IMG/VR virus record: IMGVR_UViG_3300046738_000027
Span: 1 to 43,738 of that record
DNA length: 43,738 nt
Origin: a virus
Taxonomy: Duplodnaviria; Caudoviricetes
Reading direction: 5' to 3' (one strand)
Shown here piece after piece: positions 16,745-25,879 of the stretch (within the stretch, counting starts at the first letter, position 1; every line of letters starts with the position of its first letter). The translations under genes and the position numbers were made by a program. The notes beneath the pieces are model-generated. The model searched no databases, was not told where the DNA came from, and was given only the letters and a program-made list of their open reading frames with translations.

Positions 16745-19620
16745 TGGCCTTCCCAGCCGATCCCCTGGGCATCAAGGGTGAGATGCTGATCAACGGCGCC
16801 TGGACCGACGTGACCACGCGCTTGCGCGAGAACGCGGACGTGCAGATCTCCGGTGGCCGGTCCAGCGAACAGGGCAAGATCACTCCGTCGTCGTGCCGCT
16901 TCACACTGAACAATCGCGACGGGCTCTACTCGAACGACAATCCGCTGAGTGTCTACTACCAGCTCCTGCCCAACAACACGCAGTTTCGGGTGTCGGTCAC
17001 CGAGAGCGGGACTTTCGCTTATCAGCCTAATTACTTCAACACCTACGACGCGGCCAACAACGGCTGGAGCGCGGGATACCTGAGCACGCTGGACAAGGCT
17101 GTGCTGGATGTTGTGGGTGATATCGATCTCCGCATCGAGATCGAACCCGAGCATTGGCAACTCGGTGATGTGGGGATGCACCTGGCCGGCAAGTACCAGG
17201 AGCCTGGCAATCAGCGCTCTTGGGCCTGGGTCATCCTGCCGACCGGCCGAATGCGGCTCTACTGGAGCACGGACGGCACCGAGCAGATCTCGGCCGGCAA
17301 CTACGCGGACTCCACCGTTGCCATCCCGGGCACCGGGCGCATCGCACTGCGCGTGACGCTCGATGTCAACAACGGCGCGGCCGGACGGACGATCATCTTC
17401 TACACGGCTTCCTCCATCCTCGGCTCGTGGACGCAACTCGGGGCCACCGTCATTCAGCCCACCGTCACCAGCATCTTCAGCTCGAGCGCCTCACTGAACG
17501 CGGGCGGCATCCGCGGCAACAACGGCACCTTTCCGTTCTACAAGAACAGCCTCACCCCCAGCTCCATACCGATGATCGGCAGGCTCTACCGGTTCCAGAT
17601 GTACTCAGGTATCGCGGGCACGCTGGTGGCCGACGCCAACCCGAGCGCCCAGGCGGCCGGGACCACCTCATGGTCGGACGGGCTTGGCACGCCGAACACC
17701 TGGTCCCCGCAACTCGCCGCGTCCATCACCGCCTCGAACTATCGGGCGTTCGGTGAGATCTCGGAGATGCCCCAGCGCTGGGACTCGACCGGGCGGGATG
17801 TCTACGTGCCGACCCAGGCAGACGGCATCCTGCGACGGCTGACCCAGGGGGCCAGCCCGTTGCGCTCGCCCATTTACCGCAACCTGTCCCAGCTGATCGG
17901 CGCCGGCCTGCTCGGCTACTGGCCGATGGAGGACGGTTCCCGGGCCACTACCGCGGCGAACGCTGTGCCCGGCCAGCCGGCCGCGTTCATCCGGTCCCTC
18001 TCGCTCGGGGAGGACGACCTGTTCCCGGCCAGCGGTGGCGTGGCCGAGATGACCGATGACAACGGCCTGATCCGGGGAAGCGTGACCAACACGGTCAACG
18101 CGAACCAGGCATTCGGGATTTTCTATCACAAGTATCCCGTGACGCCCCTGGCCGATATCGAGGTCTTCCACCTCTACACCACCGGCACGATCGCCCGCAC
18201 CACGTTCACGGTGGGTGCCGCGTCCTACCGGATCAGTTGCTACGGCCGGGATGGAGCGCTCCTCGGCACCAACCTGGCCTCGTTCGGCTCGGGCGCCGCC
18301 CCCGGCCAGTGGCTCGCCACCCAGATCAGGCTGACCGTCAATGGCACCGGCATAGACGTGGACCTGGGCTGGTACACGATCAGCAACAGCGCCTTCTACG
18401 GCCTGACCACGCTGAACATCGCCACGGCCACGCTGGGGCGGCCGTCCGGGTTCGCCACCGCGGCCGGCGCGGCACTGGGGCGGGTCTCGTTCTCCCAGAT
18501 CGGCATCGGCAACAGCGTGTTCGACTTTGCCAACGCCGACTTCAGCCAGAGCTCCACCGGCTTCAACGGCGAGACCGCGCTGGAACGGTTCCTGCGGATC
18601 ACAGCCGAGGAAGGGCTCCGCGGGCTCGCCATCGGCTGGCCGCCCGACAGTGAGTTGATGGGACCCCAGCCGATCGACACCCTGCCCAACATCCTCGAGG
18701 AGTGCGTGGAGCTGGACGGCGGATTCCTCTACGAGGCCCGCGATCAGGCGGCACTGGTGATGCGAACCCGGCGCTCGCTCTACGCCCAGGAAGCAACCAG
18801 CCTCAGCTACACCAGCAAGCACTTGAGCGGCGAGTTCTTCCCGACCAATGATGATCGCTACACGCGCAACGAGGTCACAGCTCAGCGGCCGTCCGGCTCC
18901 AGCGCCATCGCCACCAAGGAGACCGGGACTAAGAGCATCCTTGCTCCGCCCAACGGCGTCGGGAAGTACGACTCCCAGATTGACACCAACAGCAGTTCGG
19001 ACGCCCGCTTGCCCTACCTCGCACAGCAGGCGGTCTATCTCGGCACCTGGCCGGACCAGCGGGTCCCGTCCATCCAGGTGCAGCTTCAGCGCTCGGTGTT
19101 CGTGGCGGACCCCACGCTGTCCGGGAGCATCAAAAGCCTGAACCCGGGGGACCGGCTGTCTGTGACGAGCACGCCGGCGTGGGTCGGTGGCGGCACCGTG
19201 GACACAATGATCCAGGGCTACGAAGAGACCCTGATGAACCGGGGCTGGGAGTTCTCCTTCACCACCAGCCCGTACGGCGCGTGGCTGGCATACAACGACC
19301 TGACCCTGAGTTCTCAGACCCGCACCCGGCTGGCTGCCACCACCAGCACGCTGAACGCGTCGATCACCTCTGGCGCTCTCTCAATCGCGGTGGCCACGCC
19401 GAGCACCACGGCGCCCTGGGGCAGCACGGCGAGCAAGCCGGGCAACTTCCCGATAGACATCATGATCGGCGGAGAGCGGATGACCGTGAGCGCTATCAGC
19501 GCGTGGGCCGCGGGGGTCCAGACGTTCACGATCTCGGCCAGAGCGGTCAACGGCATCACCAAGGCACACTCGGCCGGCGCCGTGGTCCAGGTGTTCGACA
19601 TCTTCTACGCAGCACTGTGA
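16744..19620 (+). CDS. Large minor tail / baseplate protein with lectin-like insert
   Basis: WTDVT and L.NRDG.YS N-terminus, YWPMEDG, RNEVT; follows the TMP. Confidence 0.8.
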   Translation: MAFPADPLGIKGEMLINGAWTDVTTRLRENADVQISGGRSSEQGKITPSSCRFTLNNRDGLYSNDNPLSVYYQLLPNNTQFRVSVTESGTFAYQPNYFNTYDAANNGWSAGYLSTLDKAVLDVVGDIDLRIEIEPEHWQLGDVGMHLAGKYQEPGNQRSWAWVILPTGRMRLYWSTDGTEQISAGNYADSTVAIPGTGRIALRVTLDVNNGAAGRTIIFYTASSILGSWTQLGATVIQPTVTSIFSSSASLNAGGIRGNNGTFPFYKNSLTPSSIPMIGRLYRFQMYSGIAGTLVADANPSAQAAGTTSWSDGLGTPNTWSPQLAASITASNYRAFGEISEMPQRWDSTGRDVYVPTQADGILRRLTQGASPLRSPIYRNLSQLIGAGLLGYWPMEDGSRATTAANAVPGQPAAFIRSLSLGEDDLFPASGGVAEMTDDNGLIRGSVTNTVNANQAFGIFYHKYPVTPLADIEVFHLYTTGTIARTTFTVGAASYRISCYGRDGALLGTNLASFGSGAAPGQWLATQIRLTVNGTGIDVDLGWYTISNSAFYGLTTLNIATATLGRPSGFATAAGAALGRVSFSQIGIGNSVFDFANADFSQSSTGFNGETALERFLRITAEEGLRGLAIGWPPDSELMGPQPIDTLPNILEECVELDGGFLYEARDQAALVMRTRRSLYAQEATSLSYTSKHLSGEFFPTNDDRYTRNEVTAQRPSGSSAIATKETGTKSILAPPNGVGKYDSQIDTNSSSDARLPYLAQQAVYLGTWPDQRVPSIQVQLQRSVFVADPTLSGSIKSLNPGDRLSVTSTPAWVGGGTVDTMIQGYEETLMNRGWEFSFTTSPYGAWLAYNDLTLSSQTRTRLAATTSTLNASITSGALSIAVATPSTTAPWGSTASKPGNFPIDIMIGGERMTVSAISAWAAGVQTFTISARAVNGITKAHSAGAVVQVFDIFYAAL

Positions 19621-19633
19621 ACAAGGGAGAGAC

Positions 19634-20152
19634 ATGGCCGCGGACGTAGAGGTCGGGGACCCGGTAACCGCCGAGTTGATCAACATCATCCTGGCCGGAT
19701 CGGTGAACAGGCCGGTTACCAAGCTGGTGGCCGCGGCCACCCAGTCCCTGGCGAACGGCACGGACGTGGCACTGATCTTTGCCGCGTCGTCCGAGGTGGT
19801 GGATACCGGTGGCTATCACAACGAGGTCACCAACAACACGCGCATCACGCCCACACGCTCGGGCTGGTTCAAGCTGACCGCCACCGTCTATCTCTCGTCC
19901 TCGGCCGCTTACACGGCGATCTCCATCGGCATCCGGCAGAACGGCGCCACTCTGCTGCCACCGCTGTCCCGCAACATCCCGCCGCTGATCGGTGGCGCAA
20001 GGTCCCAGACCGTGACGATGATCGCCCAGGCCAACGGCACCACGGACTACTTCGAGGCCGTGGCCAACCAGACCTCGGGCGGCGCGCTGAACACCGTGGC
20101 CACCGGCTCGAACGCGTCCACGTTCGAGTGCGAGTTCGACCGCGATCTCTAG
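19634..20152 (+). CDS. Minor tail / fibre protein
   Basis: G..VTA..IN N-terminus; C1q-like NNTRITP..SGW and NGTTDYFE. Confidence 0.7.
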   Translation: MAADVEVGDPVTAELINIILAGSVNRPVTKLVAAATQSLANGTDVALIFAASSEVVDTGGYHNEVTNNTRITPTRSGWFKLTATVYLSSSAAYTAISIGIRQNGATLLPPLSRNIPPLIGGARSQTVTMIAQANGTTDYFEAVANQTSGGALNTVATGSNASTFECEFDRDL

Positions 20153-20167
20153 GGGGTATCCAGAGTC

Positions 20168-20308
20168 ATGCTCATCATTTTCTTGCTGATCGTCGCCATC
20201 GTCCTGTTCGTGATCGCGTCCGTGCCGGTCGCGACGAGCCGGATCAACCTCGAGGCCCTGGGGCTGGCGTTCTTCGCCGCCAGCTTCCTCGTGGCCCACC
20301 TAGACTGA
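20168..20308 (+). CDS. 46-aa two-TM protein
   Basis: MLIIFLLIVAIVLFVIASVP...LGLAFFAASFLVAHLD. Confidence 0.6.
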   Translation: MLIIFLLIVAIVLFVIASVPVATSRINLEALGLAFFAASFLVAHLD

Positions 20309-20313
20309 CCACC

Positions 20314-20457
20314 ATGAGCGTATGTGTCGTGATGGTCGGACCTCGACTGAATGCGATTTACGCCCGGCGCGCCGATGCGGATGCGCACGTGGCAAAGCTG
20401 ATCGAAGTTAACGGTGATCAAATCGCCGTACGTGTCGAAGAGATCGAAATCCGATGA
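20314..20457 (+). CDS. 47-aa hypothetical protein
   Basis: Stop overlaps the endolysin ATG. Confidence 0.5.
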   Translation: MSVCVVMVGPRLNAIYARRADADAHVAKLIEVNGDQIAVRVEEIEIR

Positions 20458-21221
20458 GCGCCTGGGAAGTCGTCCCCTGCCTGCTGACGCTGCGCACGGA
20501 GTTCAACGCCATCGCGCCCGGGCGGGACAAGGGCGCGGACGGCACCATCGGGGACACCGCGCACACCAGTTCCTCCGACCACACCCCGGACGAGGACTCC
20601 GATGTTCTCCGCGATCGCGATGCGGACAGCCGGAACGAGGTCCACGCGCTCGATATCGACGTGGACCTGAGGACGCCCGGGTTGACGCTGGAGATGTGCG
20701 TGATGCGCATCCTGGCTCAGGCCCGCGACGGGGACCGGCGCCTGAGGTACATCATCTTCAACCGCCGTATCTGGGAAGCTGCCAACAACTGGGCCCAGTA
20801 CCCGTATCGCGGGGACGATCCGCACACCAACCACGCGCACTTCTCGGCCAGCTACGTCGCCAGCCAGGAAGCGCGTACCGACTCATGGCACCTGGAGGAT
20901 CTCGTGACACTGTCCGAAACCGAACTGGACCAGATCGAGGCGCGCGCCAAGGCCGGCGCCGCCGCCGCGCTGGACGCCTATGCGCGCGGGCAGCTCACCA
21001 CCGGGGGCGGCTCGCGCGATGGCGGAGTGACCACCATCCTGGCCCGCAGCGGGTTCCTGGCCAACACGTTCGCGCCGGCGCTCGCGGCCGCGGTGGCCGA
21101 ACTCGATCTGGGCGACGTGGACGAGGACGCCCTGGCCGCCAAGATCGCCGCGCTGGTACCGGCCGAACTCGTGGGCAAGGTGGTTCTCGAACTCAAGAGC
21201 CGTGAGACCTCGCCGTCCTGA
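20454..21221 (+). CDS. Endolysin (Zn peptidase, M15-like)
   Basis: DGTIGD.AH...SDH, HALD, YIIFNRRIW and H..H.HFS motifs; lysis position. Confidence 0.75.
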   Translation: MSAWEVVPCLLTLRTEFNAIAPGRDKGADGTIGDTAHTSSSDHTPDEDSDVLRDRDADSRNEVHALDIDVDLRTPGLTLEMCVMRILAQARDGDRRLRYIIFNRRIWEAANNWAQYPYRGDDPHTNHAHFSASYVASQEARTDSWHLEDLVTLSETELDQIEARAKAGAAAALDAYARGQLTTGGGSRDGGVTTILARSGFLANTFAPALAAAVAELDLGDVDEDALAAKIAALVPAELVGKVVLELKSRETSPS

Positions 21222-21283
21222 CCGATCACGTTCCGTCGATCATGGGCGGTAGCCTGAGCCATGCGTAGATTGGCGGAACATGA

Positions 21284-21571
21284 GTGAGCACACGGCCAGG
21301 ATTGCGCGCCGTCCTGCGGGATCTGGCGTCGTTCATCGGGGGCTGGACAGTCATCTTCCAGCAAGCGGGCATCATCTTCGATCCGCCGTCCCAGACCAGC
21401 GAACTGCTGATCCTGGTGGCCGCACTGGCCATCGGAGTGCCGGGCGTGGCGCAGCTCGTGAACATGCGTGGCGGGGGCAACTCTGGCGCATCGCCATCAT
21501 CGCCGGCAGTCTCGGAAGCGCCTCAGCAGTCCTCGCCTGGCGAACCATCAAGGGCTGGTGACAGCGCGTGA
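21284..21571 (+). CDS. Membrane protein, holin-like
   Basis: Two hydrophobic segments after the endolysin. Confidence 0.55.
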   Translation: MSTRPGLRAVLRDLASFIGGWTVIFQQAGIIFDPPSQTSELLILVAALAIGVPGVAQLVNMRGGGNSGASPSSPAVSEAPQQSSPGEPSRAGDSA

Positions 21572-21840
21572 AGACGCCACCCTGGTACGCCTGGGCCGTG
21601 CTGGTGGTCGGCACGGCGGTCAGCATCGCCTTGAATGCTGTGGTCAGCACGCGCGCGGCCGAGCGCGCCGTGATCGCCCAGCAGTCCAGTCAGCGGCAAG
21701 CAGCCGAGGCCGGCCGGCGCGCCACGTGCAACGTGGTGCTGACGCAACTCGCCATCTACGATGCGGTCCCACCCACCACCAGGATCCAGCAGGAAGCTTT
21801 CCGGGCATGGACCGGGATGCAAGGGCTCTACCAGTGCTGA
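21568..21840 (+). CDS. Single-TM protein of the lysis cassette
   Basis: N-terminal TM; two Cys, one of them terminal. Confidence 0.6.
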   Translation: MKTPPWYAWAVLVVGTAVSIALNAVVSTRAAERAVIAQQSSQRQAAEAGRRATCNVVLTQLAIYDAVPPTTRIQQEAFRAWTGMQGLYQC

Positions 21841-21841
21841 C

Positions 21842-21994
21842 TTATTCGACCCAGGAGAGCAGCGTGCGGGGCTGCTCGGCCCAGTAGAGCCGGAAGGACT
21901 CGGCCGCCTGAAGTCCGTCAGCTCCGCCGAACTGGCCGGCCACCCGGACGATCACTCCGTTGAACGTCTGTATCGCGACCATCACCTTGAACAT
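21842..21994 (-). CDS. 50-aa leaderless protein
   Basis: MFKVMVAIQ...; ATG 6 nt after TATAGT. Confidence 0.6.
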   Translation of the reverse strand: MFKVMVAIQTFNGVIVRVAGQFGGADGLQAAESFRLYWAEQPRTLLSWVE

Positions 21995-22011
21995 AGCTCT
22001 ACTATAGCACA
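21995..22011 (-). promoter_or_regulatory. Conserved extended -10 motif, leaderless
   Basis: TGTGCTATAGTAGAGCT-ATG. Confidence 0.75.
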
Positions 22012-22025
22012 CCTGAGGGGGAGCC

Positions 22026-22271
22026 ATGACGTACACATCCGATCCGGCCAAGGCGGCCGGCCCGAACAACGACGGTGGCCAGAGCCTGGCCAAGGAGAGC
22101 AAGGCCGGTCTCGCGGTCTCGTTCGTGGCGTTCGCCGTGATCCAGGGCGTGGTGGACGCGCTGACCAGGCTGGACCTGAACGGGTTGCAGGGCTGGTGGG
22201 TCTCGCTCGCCGGCGCCGGCGTGGCCACCGTGATCGGCCTCGGAACGGCCTGGCTCAAGAAGAACCGCTAG
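22026..22271 (+). CDS. Probable holin
   Basis: Two TMs, basic C-terminus, RBS GAGGGGGAG. Confidence 0.6.
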   Translation: MTYTSDPAKAAGPNNDGGQSLAKESKAGLAVSFVAFAVIQGVVDALTRLDLNGLQGWWVSLAGAGVATVIGLGTAWLKKNR

Positions 22272-22329
22272 ACTGGACACACGGAAGCCCTGGACCTTTA
22301 CGTGGTCCAGGGCTTCCGTGTGTCCAGTC
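22271..22329. terminator. Bidirectional terminator, 26-bp perfect stem
   Basis: GACTGGACACACGGAAGCCCTGGACC and its inverse between convergent genes. Confidence 0.85.
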
Positions 22330-22335
22330 CGGGTC

Positions 22336-22806
22336 TCAGCGCACGCGGACTTTGACGTCCACCTCCACCGATCCACCGCGGCGCGGCCGGCCGGGCGTGC
22401 GAGCGACGGTCCAGATCAGGAACGCGACGCCCAGGGTGGTCAGTGCCACCGCGCCAGGGATCACCGCGAGCGTGGCCAGGGCCCACCAGCCGGTGGCCAC
22501 CAGCAAGCCGAGCAGGCTGGCGGCGCCGGCGCCGATCAGCACTGGCTTGCGCCAGGCCGGCGCGGGCGGCTTGAGTCGGCGCACCACGAGATGCCACTGA
22601 CGCAGCTCCTCGTGCCAGACCTCGAGGTGAAGGATCTTCACCTCGCCACGGCGCTGCATGTTGACCGCGGCCGAACGCAACGCCCATCGCTCGTGGGCGC
22701 CGGCCGTCAGGATCTCGGTGCACAGCTTCTCGTTCCGGACCACCTCGGTCGGCCGCTTCACATAGAGCGCGCCGGGGGCTCGGGGGCGGTCCAGCTCAGC
22801 GCTCAT
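22336..22806 (-). CDS. Membrane protein
   Basis: MSAELDRP...; two C-terminal TMs. Confidence 0.6.
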   Translation of the reverse strand: MSAELDRPRAPGALYVKRPTEVVRNEKLCTEILTAGAHERWALRSAAVNMQRRGEVKILHLEVWHEELRQWHLVVRRLKPPAPAWRKPVLIGAGAASLLGLLVATGWWALATLAVIPGAVALTTLGVAFLIWTVARTPGRPRRGGSVEVDVKVRVR

Positions 22807-23003
22807 CGCTGATCCCACGAGGCCATCGCGTGCCCGGTCAGCGTGCCGGCCTCGTGGTTGCCGTCGTGGTCCGCGAGTCGCGTGCATCGCCAGATCCAGG
22901 ACGCTGCGGTGTCGAATGCGTTCGCCTTGCACGTGGGCTGATCGCCCACGGCCTGATCCGTGACCAGCGGATACGGATGCTCGTGCTTGGTTATCGATTC
23001 CAT
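22803..23003 (-). CDS. Small Cys/His protein
   Basis: C...CTRLADHDGNH metal-binding pattern. Confidence 0.55.
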   Translation of the reverse strand: MESITKHEHPYPLVTDQAVGDQPTCKANAFDTAASWIWRCTRLADHDGNHEAGTLTGHAMASWDQR

Positions 23004-23449
23004 AGGTAGCCCCCAAGGCCAGTAATGATCATGAGTACAACGGCCCCTCGCAGGGCGTAGATCCCGAGCGTGGCCGCCCGGACTTTCATCAGGTGGGCCG
23101 GGCGGGCCTGCTCGCGCTCGAGGCGCTGGATCTTCTGCCCCCGCGGCCCGACCTTGCCGATCCGCGGATTCTTCTGCCAGTTGTAGCGAGGCAGCAGGAG
23201 CAGGATCACCAGCGTCTCCAACGGCAGGAGCACCCAGTCCCAGCCGAGCCACCACGGCAGCTTGATCAGGATGTAGCGCCGGACCATCAGGTCCCGCCAG
23301 CCCTTGTCCGCGTGCTGGCCGTCGCGCAAATCCAGCCGGTTGCTCTTGCCGACATAGCCCCATTCGGTCCCCGGCCGTAGGTGACGCCGGGTCCGGTAGG
23401 CGTAGATGCCTGGCCGGCGCCGGCGTACCTTGCGCGTCCAGCGGGTCAC
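22991..23449 (-). CDS. GIY-YIG domain protein with C-terminal TM
   Basis: GIY...YVGKS...R..QH...E..I....P.YN; C-terminal hydrophobic helix. Confidence 0.7.
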   Translation of the reverse strand: MTRWTRKVRRRRPGIYAYRTRRHLRPGTEWGYVGKSNRLDLRDGQHADKGWRDLMVRRYILIKLPWWLGWDWVLLPLETLVILLLLPRYNWQKNPRIGKVGPRGQKIQRLEREQARPAHLMKVRAATLGIYALRGAVVLMIITGLGGYLWNR

Positions 23450-23526
23450 GAAATCAGCAGAACGGTGAGGAGAGAGATCAGTCCGAGCGCAAAGAAAATC
23501 AGCGCTGCTCTTAGTTCCAGGTCCAT
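23446..23526 (-). CDS. 26-aa single-TM peptide
   Basis: MDLELRAALIFFALGLISLLTVLLIS; upstream GAGGAG; GTGA overlap. Confidence 0.5.
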   Translation of the reverse strand: MDLELRAALIFFALGLISLLTVLLIS

Positions 23527-23528
23527 CC

Positions 23529-23552
23529 TCACCACTCCTCAGTCTGTGTCAT
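23529..23552 (-). CDS. 7-aa leaderless uORF (MTQTEEW)
   Basis: ATG 6 nt after TATAGT. Confidence 0.4.
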   Translation of the reverse strand: MTQTEEW

Positions 23553-23569
23553 AGCTCTACTATAGCAGA
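23553..23569 (-). promoter_or_regulatory. Conserved extended -10 motif
   Basis: TCTGCTATAGTAGAGCT-ATG. Confidence 0.8.
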
Positions 23570-23781
23570 CTGACATCCGGGTTGCCAACGGGCATCTTCT
23601 CCACCCTGATCTCGTACGCGCCCAGGAGGCGCAGCGTCCCGTCCGGGAGCACCTGAGCCAGCCCACCCGTGGGCGAGCCGGCGTACACGCGCACGGCGGC
23701 CGCGGGGATGTCCGTCCAGGCGTAGGCCGGAAGGTTGATAAATTCCCCGATGTCGCTCGCGGGGATGGGGCTGACGGACAC
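23560..23781 (-). CDS. Hypothetical protein
   Basis: RBS AAGGGAG; stop lies inside the promoter motif. Confidence 0.55.
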   Translation of the reverse strand: MSVSPIPASDIGEFINLPAYAWTDIPAAAVRVYAGSPTGGLAQVLPDGTLRLLGAYEIRVEKMPVGNPDVSLL

Positions 23782-23810
23782 GTGATCTCCCTTGATCGGC
23801 AGAGACAGGA

Positions 23811-23843
23811 CCGGCCCGGGGAGACGGTACTCACCCGGGCCGG
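23811..23843 (-). terminator. Hairpin, possible terminator
   Basis: CCGGCCCGGG/CCCGGGCCGG stem. Confidence 0.55.
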
Positions 23844-23866
23844 CCGTTCACTTGCTTGCTTCCTGT

Positions 23867-24031
23867 CTACTCCACGTTTGACACATCTGCAATACGTCGA
23901 TGGGGTGGGATCTCCAAGTCTTCAGGCTCGGTCACCGTGAAGCCATGCAACCTCAGCTCGTCGGCCGCCTCGCGCAACCTCGTCACCGTGCGCGCGTGCC
24001 TCGCTGCGCGCGTATCGCGCTGTTCGGACAT
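23867..24031 (-). CDS. 54-aa hypothetical protein, divergent from the TraB-like gene
   Basis: MSEQRDTRAA...; RBS GAGGGG. Confidence 0.55.
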   Translation of the reverse strand: MSEQRDTRAARHARTVTRLREAADELRLHGFTVTEPEDLEIPPHRRIADVSNVE

Positions 24032-24091
24032 ATGCCATCCCCTCGTGCAACTTGCAGATTTGCGGGCGTCAACGGGCAGTCTAGCCGACGT

Positions 24092-24107
24092 ACAACCTAT
24101 TGGTTGT
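24092..24107. promoter_or_regulatory. Operator-like palindrome
   Basis: ACAACC-TATT-GGTTGT in the divergent intergenic region. Confidence 0.5.
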
Positions 24108-24127
24108 GTGTGAGGTAGGTTGGAAAG

Positions 24128-25834
24128 ATGCCCCTGAAGCCGATCAAGAGTGCCGCCACCTATCCCTGCCCTCCCGGCTTCAACGGGCGCCTGGCCGGTC
24201 TCTACCGGTGGCTTTCCGGCCGGCCGCTGAACGGCCACCGGTACACCAACGCCACCGGCTTCCGCTACGGCACCGTGGCCACGGACATCAGTGGCTACGC
24301 CACGTGGTACCAATTCCTACCTGGCTATAGGAGATTCCTTGTGGCCAGGCTTCCCGTGATGGCCACGCCGGTCATCGTGGCCATGGCCATCGTGTGGCCC
24401 GTGGCCATCCTCGTGGCCACCCAGGTCATCCTCCTGGCCATGGCCAGACCCGTGGCCATGGCCAGGCGTGGCCACCTCTGGCGCCGCGATGTCCTCGAGC
24501 CACTGGCCATGTCCGTGGCCACGGTGGCCAAGATCAAGCACGTGGCTGGCCATGGCCACCGCTGGGTGACCGTGGCCAGAGACTTCCGGGACGTGGCCAC
24601 GGGCCACGCCGTGGCCATCCGCTTCCCGGTCGGCTGGGTGGGCGAGGAGGGCAGCCGTGGCCAGGTGGCCAAAGTAGTGGCCGACCGACTGTCCGCGCCG
24701 GACATGGTGGCCACGTGGTCACTGGCCGGCCGCGCGCCCACGGTCACGTTCACCATGCCGGCCAAGCCACCGGCCAAGGCCTCGCTGGCCGACATGGCCA
24801 TGCCCGAGGACGTGCCGGCCAGCGAGCTCGCGGCCGGGCTGGGCGCGCGCGGTCAGGTGGCCATCGATCTGGCCATGGAGAGCCCGCACGCCCTGATCGC
24901 CGCGGCGTCCGGCGCCGGCAAGAGCGAGCTGCTGGCCTTCCTGGTGGGCCAGCTCATGCGCCGCGGGTATGGCGTGGCCTGCCTGGATGCCAAGTTCACC
25001 AGCCACATGTGGCTGAGGCGCATCCCCGGTGTGCTCTACGCCAGCGAGTCCGAGGAGCTCCACGAGGCGCTCATCTGGCTGGATGCCGAACTGCTGCGCC
25101 GCGCGCGGCTGATCTCCAGCGGTGGGAACCCGGACACCTTGATCCCGCTGGTGGTGGTGCTCGAGGAGATGAACGCGGCCAGCAACCGACTGAGGGCCTA
25201 CTGGCGCAGCATCAAGGGCCAGGGGGACCCGATGATGAGCCCGGCGCTGACCGCGCTGGGCAACCTCTCCAGCATGGGCCGCGAGCTGCGGATGCACATC
25301 CTGATGGCCGGCCAGAGCCTCAGCGCCAAGGCCACCGCGGGAGCCGAGAACCGGGAGAACTTCGGCATTCGCTTGCTGGCTCGCGCCACGGCGAACCAGT
25401 GGCGGATGCTGGCCCCCCAGATCAAGCCGGCGCCGCTGGGCCGCGGGCCGTCCGGCCGGTGGCACCTGGTGGTGGGCGACAGTCTGCGCGAGCTCCAGGC
25501 ACCGTTCATGGACATCAAGCACAAGGAGGCCGAGTTGATCGCCTGGGCGACCGGCGCGGCCCCGATCCCGGACGTGCCGGGGATGATGCTCGGGCTGATG
25601 ACGACGACATGCGAGAACGAGGAAGCGCCCTGGTCAGAGACTGTGTCATCAGTGCCTGGAACGGGCCTCAGTGAGTACGTGGCGACCCGCCCCGGGCTCA
25701 CCCTCACCCAGCTCCAGAACTGGCGCCACCGGCACGCTGAGACGTTCCCCGAGCCGGTGGGCAAGCGAGGCAGGGCCATCCTGTACGACGAGGCCGCGTT
25801 GGACGTGTTCGTGATGAGCAGGGTGGGCGAGTAG
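24128..25834 (+). CDS. FtsK/SpoIIIE-family DNA translocase, TraB-like
   Basis: N-terminal TM region, PHALI..ASGAGKS Walker A, LVVVLEE Walker B, GR...H...AGQ, RENF; C-terminal HTH-like domain. Confidence 0.8.
   Translation: MPLKPIKSAATYPCPPGFNGRLAGLYRWLSGRPLNGHRYTNATGFRYGTVATDISGYATWYQFLPGYRRFLVARLPVMATPVIVAMAIVWPVAILVATQVILLAMARPVAMARRGHLWRRDVLEPLAMSVATVAKIKHVAGHGHRWVTVARDFRDVATGHAVAIRFPVGWVGEEGSRGQVAKVVADRLSAPDMVATWSLAGRAPTVTFTMPAKPPAKASLADMAMPEDVPASELAAGLGARGQVAIDLAMESPHALIAAASGAGKSELLAFLVGQLMRRGYGVACLDAKFTSHMWLRRIPGVLYASESEELHEALIWLDAELLRRARLISSGGNPDTLIPLVVVLEEMNAASNRLRAYWRSIKGQGDPMMSPALTALGNLSSMGRELRMHILMAGQSLSAKATAGAENRENFGIRLLARATANQWRMLAPQIKPAPLGRGPSGRWHLVVGDSLRELQAPFMDIKHKEAELIAWATGAAPIPDVPGMMLGLMTTTCENEEAPWSETVSSVPGTGLSEYVATRPGLTLTQLQNWRHRHAETFPEPVGKRGRAILYDEAALDVFVMSRVGE
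24276..24875. repeat. TGGCCA palindrome array 1, within the TraB-like gene
   Basis: About 26 exact TGGCCA in 600 bp (manual count). Confidence 0.85.
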
Positions 25835-25879
25835 AGTCAATCACGCCTGACACCCTTCCTATTGCTTGGCCGCGGTGGG

